This document shows, piece by piece, positions 58,117 to 64,000 of a stretch of DNA of 64,000 bases. The first letter of the stretch is position 1, and every line of letters starts with the position of its first letter. The stretch lies in the NCBI GenBank assembly GCA_963733745.1, contig CAVTFE010000002.1:70558-134557 (forward strand), in the 5' to 3' direction. Both the position numbers and the translations under genes were made by a program. The stretch is from an uncultured bacterium (lineage in GTDB: Bacteria; Chloroflexota; Ktedonobacteria; Ktedonobacterales; JADMIN01). The notes below the pieces were generated by a model. The model made no database searches and was not told the origin of the DNA. It saw nothing but the letters and a program-made list of their open reading frames with translations.

Positions 58117-60078
58117 CTACACCCTGCTTCCGATCGTTGCGTGATCAGGATCGCTGATGTGATCATGGGCTGCTGTCTTGTCATCCCCCTGCTCAATAGA
58201 AGGATATGCGATTGCACGGTCCGCATGACTGCGTTCGTAGTGGTCCGCATCTTGTGTCGCCGCCTTCTCAGGCAGGAGTCGATCGACCTCGCTGTCCGGT
58301 ACACCATAGAGCAGGCAGACCTGTGCATAGCGATCGCCGTGCTTCTCCGGATGTCGGTCCGAGAGGTCGACGCCGCTGCCCTGGACGACGCTCAAGCCCT
58401 CAATGTGATACCGCTCAGCGAGCCAGGAGCTCATCCTACTCCTGAATTGCGTGTACTGATGGCTACGCACGGATATAGGCGCGAGGTAATTCACATAGAC
58501 TGGCACACGGCTCAGGTCAAGTTGTCGCGCCATTGAGGAGCCTACTCCAGTCTCGATCATCGCCTGGGTGAGATCCTGAGCACGTGTGAGCGCATCCTGC
58601 CAGAGTACCTCTCCAGGGCCTTCATGCATTCCCCGACTTCCTAGTCTACGCTGCGCACGCGCCGCGACAAGGCCCGTCGAGTCGACGGACAGCGCGGCGA
58701 AATGGTAGCCAGCAGTGTTGAGATTCTGGATGATGGTCAGGAAGGACTGATTGGCCGTGTCGTGTATCGGCGCCAGCGTCATGCCGGCGAGGCCGCGCGC
58801 CAGCGCGTTGTCGTGGTGCAGGTCGCCGAGCGAGCGGTAGAGCGGCGAGCGCCGATCAATCAGGACCGTCAGCGTGACTGGTGGATTCCCCACATGCTGC
58901 TCGGGAGAGGCGAGGCGTGCGAGCTCGTGATAGGGCTGCTGATCCCTGATAATCTGTGGCAAGAAGCACACAACCGAGATTGTGATTTTGGGAAGTGTGC
59001 GTCGAAGGTCCTCAAAGACTCCGAGACACTCGCTCAGCTTCTCGCCATCGACGATCCAGAGCAAGTTCGTCTGCACATCGCCGTGTTTATGATACGCGCG
59101 TATCACATTGTTGCGTAAGATTTGGAGTGGCGCGCCTTCATGTCCGACGGTTCCGATATTGTTCACCCCAAGACGGTTCAGGCGACGGCGCACGTCGTCC
59201 ACCGTGTGGTAGTCGTCGGCGTAGGCGCCTGCGGCGATCAGGCTGGAACGCGTGTAGAGCTGCGTGACGTCGGCGCAGAGCTGCGCCATGAAGTCGCTGC
59301 TCGTGTTGCCGTAGCCGACAACGGAGAGCACATTGGAGGTTGTCGGCGCTGGGCGGGGCGCATGCTCCGGATTGGGGCGGAAGATCCCGGCGACGCCAAA
59401 GATCAGATCAGGCACCAGATGCTCGCCGACGGTGCGTAGCGCCTCATGGATCCAGGTGAAGATCAGCGCGAGGAACTCGAAGACAATGCCGACCAGGCCG
59501 AGCGAGAGCGCGAGGAGCGCGCTCAAGCCGCGGATCGCGCCCCAGGCCGCCAGGAACATCACCAGCACCTGCAGGACGCCGATCAGCGTCGCGATGATGA
59601 GTGAGCCAAGTGGCCAGGTGGAGGCGTACGAGATCAGCGTCTGGCCCGCGAAGAACAGGATCCCGACGACCGCCATGTTGAGCAGGAAGGCGCCGAGGGA
59701 GAGCGCGAGAAACATCCGGCGCTTGTTGTCGTCCATCGTCGGGAAGAGGCGCGCTGGTGGCGGCAAAACGCCGAGGAAGTCGAGCGTGAGCGCGCCAGTC
59801 AGGAACACCATCGAGACAAAGAGGGCGCCGGAGAGGTCGCTCAGATTCGCCAACTCTGGGTTGATAGGGAGATCGGGGAAGAGCACCGCCTGCAGGCGCA
59901 GGACGGTGAAGACGAAGTCAGAGACGACGATGATCACGCCAGCGACGAGGTAGAGCACGTGGGAAATGATGACCTCTCCCACCCAGGTGGCGTGGATCTC
60001 CGGCTCTTCGGGCTTCGCTGGCTCAACTGGGCGCTCCGGCAGTGGAGGACCCCCGAGGAGCGCCGCTATTGACATCAT
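58117..60078 (-). CDS. Multi-pass membrane protein with a large cytoplasmic domain resembling a divergent, signature-less FtsZ/tubulin fold
   Basis: ORF 58117..60300. The first 74 codons are Arg-rich and overlap the upstream gene, so ATG 60078/60075 is preferred. 4-6 TM helices (aa about 105-290 in ORF numbering), then a soluble region (59331 down to 58117) collinear by eye with FtsZ. See findings. Confidence 0.65.
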   Translation of the reverse strand: [653 protein letters not shown]

Positions 60079-60679
60079 TCGGCGCGGCGGGCTGGATGGC
60101 CCGCGATGACGAACCATTCCCGTTCGTCGCCGGCGTCCCATGGGCGCCATAGCCACCGTACGATGGATCGCCATACACGCGATCGCCCTGCTGAGACGGC
60201 GCGCCAGAATAGGACCCAGAGTTGGACGAGCTGTCATTGTGGTTGGGATAGGGCGTAATCGAAGGCGATGTCTCCGGCTCATATGGCGCAGGCTGGACAC
60301 TCGTAGATGAGTACGGGCTCACACTCGTACTGTCACTCGGTCCTACCGTAGTCTCGGAGGCAGGATGCTCCAGAATTCTCGCCTGATAGGTAGACGTGGA
60401 CGCTGATGCCTGGGATGCCGACGTGGGCACCTGGTCTGCGGCTCTCGAGTGTTTTTCCACGGGATGGCCAATTAGGAAGACGCTCTTCACGAGGGCAAAG
60501 AGCTTGTCAGCGCCTTTTTGCAGCCAGTCCGCGATGGTCCCCACCAGTCGCCCGATGAGGGAGAATGGCTCGCCAAGGAGGTTGGCAATTGCCTGCGGAG
60601 CAAAGATCATGAGGAGCAGGCTTACCACCACAAGCGCGATGACGATGAGCGTGCGTCCATCAAGAAGGAATGGGATCAT
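60023..60679 (-). CDS. Single-pass membrane protein with a long Ser/Pro/Thr/Gly/Tyr-rich disordered tail
   Basis: GGAAGGAGG sits 8 nt before the ATG at 60679. TM helix TLIVIALVVVSLLLMIF, a short helical segment, then a roughly 140-aa low-complexity tail. Confidence 0.6.
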   Translation of the reverse strand: MIPFLLDGRTLIVIALVVVSLLLMIFAPQAIANLLGEPFSLIGRLVGTIADWLQKGADKLFALVKSVFLIGHPVEKHSRAADQVPTSASQASASTSTYQARILEHPASETTVGPSDSTSVSPYSSTSVQPAPYEPETSPSITPYPNHNDSSSNSGSYSGAPSQQGDRVYGDPSYGGYGAHGTPATNGNGSSSRAIQPAAPNDVNSGAPRGSSTAGAPS

Positions 60680-61190
60680 GTAGGCGCCTCCTTCCAAGAA
60701 GGGGTAGCTAACGACTTCGAAGTCGCGGCGTCGGTGATCGTGACAAGGCAGCGCCTGAACTTGTACATACGTGCCTATGGATGCCGCTGAAAGCCACTGC
60801 GCTCTTCAAGCGCTGGTCACGGTGCGATCACCTGCTGAGGCTAGTCTTTCAGCGGTGATCTTCTGCTTGACATCGTTGAACTGTATCCTTACAGCCGCTG
60901 TCTTGTCACCGTAGGTTCGCATCTCGTCGTCCTTCCTCTCGTCCTGTTGGAATGGAGCACGACCTTCGGGCAAACCCGCATGGAACATACGTATCAACCG
61001 CCTGGTGGGTTCGAAATGTACGAAGGCGAGTGTGCTTATTTGGACTAACGAGTGTATCTGTGTTACGCAAGGATGTGTTGATTTTGCGGCAGGGTACGGT
61101 GATTCTGTATAGAGTGGCTTGGGGTGGGGTCGTATCACATCACAGGCTGCGCAATTGGAAGAAGCAAAGATGCTTAGGGCCGAAAAGGAA

Positions 61191-61220
61191 GAACTCTCTC
61201 GTCAGGTGACGAGAGAGTTC
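61191..61220 (-). terminator. Perfect 13-bp stem with a 4-nt loop; possible minus-strand intrinsic terminator
   Basis: GAACTCTCTCGTC aggt GACGAGAGAGTTC read directly. On the minus strand it is followed by TTCCTTTTC. No upstream minus-strand gene identified. Confidence 0.3.
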
Positions 61221-61841
61221 TGGAGAAGTGAGAGTACCCACTCGGGGAACGGCGGTCACGAGAGACAGGCGTCCTTCCCGTTCGCTCCGCATCCCTGCGG
61301 AAGGCTCGTGACCTGGATGACTCTGGTGAGAGATGAGCAGTTGTCCTGCACACCCGTCACCCCGATCCACTAAGAATCAGGATAGCCCAAGTGAGCGGGT
61401 AGGGGAATACGGGATCCCCGTATTTCGTACCGCCGTAAATCCGACGTCCGGGTTATGCTGCGAACCTGGGATTGCCCCGGAAGGGCGGTTCTCGAATCCA
61501 ATTGCTCCATCGAAGGGAACAAGGGGAACTGTGGAACGCCCCTCATGTGGACAAGTTTGTGGATAAGTAGAGGCGCGCTGAGCAAGAAAATGGCCCAGGA
61601 TCTCGATGGTATCGAGGATACTGGGCGCTTGTCACGGCAATTGCAGCAAGTACAGACTGGCGGACCCGACGGGACGTGGATCGCTGTGCAAGCAGGCGGC
61701 GTAAAAAGTGTACGGAGAGGGTTCTGCCCTGAATGATATGCGCTCTTAGCGTTGGAGTGTCAACGTCGAGGGCGTTTTTTGTTGCCCGCGACTTGGCGGG
61801 CAATCGCAAGTCAACCGAACACGAAAGAGGAACGAACGACC

Positions 61842-62291
61842 ATGGCGAACTTTGTGATTACGGGCAAGGCGGAGCAGACCGACGAGTCGAGCTACACCGT
61901 GCAGTCCACCGGTGAGGTGGTGACCAAGATCCAGCTCACCCTCAACGTCCCTGGCATGCAGGATCGGGTGCTGTGTGAGATGCCACTCGATGTCTCTCCG
62001 AAGCCCGACATCCTGGAGCAGTGGGAGATGGAGGAGAGCTGGCTGGTGGTCTCCGCCAACACCATGCGCGCGCTGGGCTTCACCCGCTCCAATGCGCGAC
62101 CAGGGGAGAAGGCGGTCGGCGCGCTGGTGATCTTCCAGGCGACCGACGTGCGGGAAGCGACAGCGGATGAGCGGCGAGCGCTGATGGAAGCGCGCAAGGT
62201 CAGCAAGCTCCAAGCCAAGCAGCGCCGTGCGGCGCGCAAGGCGGAACGCGACGCCACCAAGGCGCAGGCCGCTGAAAAGCAGTCCGCCTAG
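61842..62291 (+). CDS. Hypothetical protein with a Lys/Arg/Ala-rich C-terminal tail (possibly phage/ICE-borne)
   Basis: ATG at 61842 preceded by AAAGAGGAA and by an 8-bp hairpin (TTGCCCGC/GCGGGCAA, 61781-61802). No family recognised. Confidence 0.55.
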   Translation: MANFVITGKAEQTDESSYTVQSTGEVVTKIQLTLNVPGMQDRVLCEMPLDVSPKPDILEQWEMEESWLVVSANTMRALGFTRSNARPGEKAVGALVIFQATDVREATADERRALMEARKVSKLQAKQRRAARKAERDATKAQAAEKQSA

Positions 62292-62319
62292 CGCGGCCAA
62301 GCGAGATCGGTAGGGAGGA

Positions 62320-63060
62320 TCAAGGGCGCGAGGTGATCAGCAGAGGGAGCGCCTCGATCAGACAAGGACAGCGAGCGGGGCAAATAGACGCGCCAAGACT
62401 GCTTGTAGCCGAGCCCACCTGCCTCTCGCGTCGGCGCAAATGCGAGGATGGCAAAGGCGAGCGCACCGAGGCCTGCGCACCACCGACTGTGCGAGCGGAA
62501 CCAAGCGTGGATAGCGGAAAGCCTTCGCCGTCCACTCGTCTATCGCGGTTCCGCCAGGCGGGCGGCCAAGGCGCAACACCTCCTGGGTGACGACGCATGG
62601 CAACAGTCCGGCTGCGATGAGAGCGCCAATCCGAGGTGCGCAAGGGAGGAGAAGATCCGGTGAAGGGGTCGCCGTAGCTGGAGATGATGATGCCTGCCGA
62701 GAAGACGAGCAGCCCAGGAACAGATACAGCAGTGACATCGATCCCAGCAGGCTGGCGACGATGGCCCGGTGGCTGGAGATCGAGTCGTCATAGCAGCGAC
62801 CTTCATGAGGAAGCGCGCTCGAAGGGTGGAGGCGACGAGCAGTATAGCAGATCGAGTCCACGGAGGCTGAAATGTAGGCGAGAGAGGATCGCACCTGCGC
62901 CCGCAGCAGGAAGGAGAGGATATCGAGATGGAGAAGATCGGAAGCGAGGACGCCACCGTCCACTGCTGTTCGTCGCAGGGCGGCTGCAGGCGTGGCGGGT
63001 GCGCTGGTTTGGGGAACGCGATGAGGTGGCGGATCAGCTCGCCGACATCGCGCGGCAAGG
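62320..63060 (-). pseudogene. Possible decayed membrane-protein gene (protein-like hydrophobic fragments spread over three minus-strand frames)
   Basis: Fragments AIVASLLGSMSLLYLFLG, LLVFSAGIIISSYGDPFTG and IGALIAAGLLPCVVTQEV lie in different frames. No intact ORF has a convincing composition. Confidence 0.25.
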
Positions 63061-63067
63061 ATCAGGC

Positions 63068-63820
63068 ATGGCGCGGCTGGCGCATGTCTGCGCCTCGCTG
63101 ATGCTGGTGTTGTTCTCGGCTGGCTCACTGGTGGCGCTGGGTGGAGATGCGTTGCTGAGCGTGCTGGATGGCGCACAGCAAGGGCATGTGGATCTGCCAG
63201 CGGCGATCTCGCTGGGAGTCAGCACGCTGCTGGTGCTGTGTATGGATGTGGCGATGCTCTACGCCGCCTCGATGCTGCGGCTGCTGGGGATGCGACGAGC
63301 TGAGCCACGGTCCATGCGGCTGCATCGTGGGGTGATGGCGACGGTGGCAGTCCTGGAGGCGGGAACCTACGCCTACATGGCGTGGCGCTATGAGACGCCA
63401 GTCAGTGTGGTGGCGTGGGCGCTCATCCTCTCCCGCGCGCTCGCGGCTCCGCTGCTCTCGGTCTATCTGGCGATGGCGCGTCCCTTGCCGGTGACCGCGC
63501 GAGACATTCTGGCGCAGGTGGAGCTGGCGAGTGGGCTGGGGTTGATCCGAGATGCGGTGACGATCGCCAATGACGCCTCAGCGTCGCTGAGTCAGAAGGT
63601 GGCGCTCTTCGGCGCATCGGCGGTGATGACACCGCAGGATCGCGAACGGCTCGATGGCTTGCTCGCGGCGGTTGAGCGAGGCCAGCGTGAGGCGCCAGAG
63701 AGCACACCTGCGCTCGATGCGCCAGAGGATGCACAGCGCGAGTCGCCGCAAGAAGCGATAGCAGTCAAAGCAGCGCAGAACGGACATGCTCACCCTTTGG
63801 CGCTGGGGCCGTTGCGCTAG
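63068..63820 (+). CDS. Integral membrane protein (weakly DUF2637-like, as seen in actinobacterial phages and ICEs)
   Basis: ATG at 63068 with AAGGA upstream. 3-4 TM helices (LVLCMDVAMLYAASMLRLL). Acidic tail. Confidence 0.55.
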   Translation: MARLAHVCASLMLVLFSAGSLVALGGDALLSVLDGAQQGHVDLPAAISLGVSTLLVLCMDVAMLYAASMLRLLGMRRAEPRSMRLHRGVMATVAVLEAGTYAYMAWRYETPVSVVAWALILSRALAAPLLSVYLAMARPLPVTARDILAQVELASGLGLIRDAVTIANDASASLSQKVALFGASAVMTPQDRERLDGLLAAVERGQREAPESTPALDAPEDAQRESPQEAIAVKAAQNGHAHPLALGPLR

Positions 63821-63858
63821 ACGGCCCGGCCAGCAGGAAACGACGAACACCAGAGGAG

Positions 63859-64000
63859 ATGGATGCCTTGCGTGCACAGATGGCGCTGCAGGGCTACGAG
63901 GTCCCTGGCCTGACACCAAAGGAACGTGAGCGGGTGTGGTACTCGCTGGCGGGGAGACGACGTCGAGCGCAGTTGGCGCGAGCGCTGCAACTCGACGAGG
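63859..64000 (+). CDS. Hypothetical protein, 3' end outside the window
   Basis: Open frame MDALRAQMALQGYEVPGLTPKERERVWYSLAGRRRRAQLARALQLDE runs to the window edge. RBS spacing is poor. Confidence 0.3.
   Translation, partial: MDALRAQMALQGYEVPGLTPKERERVWYSLAGRRRRAQLARALQLDE

Noticed and set aside
60975-60995. GGTGGGTTCGAAAT T-arm-like fragment
   Set aside because: The 3' half of the stem is absent (TGTAC rather than CCCAC), and there is no cloverleaf.
60806-61138. 110-aa minus-strand ORF in the lower-GC tract
   Set aside because: Most of it has an implausible composition and no RBS. Only the last 38 codons (60806..60922) have an SD, and these are mentioned as a possibility in the findings.

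Overview
High-GC (about 60-65% by eye) bacterial chromosomal segment. The protein flavour suggests Chloroflexota (Ktedonobacteria-like) or Actinomycetota, but that is inference only. I found no rRNA gene, complete tRNA or CRISPR array. Left to right: a 5'-truncated GH63-like glucosidase, a secreted Pro/Thr-linker protein, the cydABDC cytochrome bd operon, a three-gene membrane stress module, a roughly 600-bp densely structured non-coding gap, and YihY. Then a PfkB kinase / class II aldolase / 2-oxoacid (acetoin-type) dehydrogenase cassette whose E1-beta gene carries two +1 frameshifts, a decayed IS630 copy, a split chrB-like cluster with no chrA, and MFS exporters with a striking double palindrome. 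Next come PAP2-LssY, DUF2127, an MDR oxidoreductase, a second IS630 relic, an HD-GYP-LuxR protein, a multi-copy small-ORF family, and a STAND-LuxR regulator with two Tat-lipoprotein hydrolase paralogs. The right end holds a PAS histidine kinase and NarL regulator, a second stress island, AI-2E and APC transporters, and a lower-GC, poorly coding, possibly phage- or ICE-derived stretch. The most interesting candidate is a two-gene minus-strand operon (58117-60679). Its large product looks by eye like a multi-pass membrane protein fused to a divergent FtsZ/tubulin-like domain that lacks the GTP-binding signatures. All family calls come from reading the translations and from memory of family motifs; no searches were run. 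Several conserved genes are broken at G/C homopolymer runs, so assembly error versus true pseudogenisation is unresolved.
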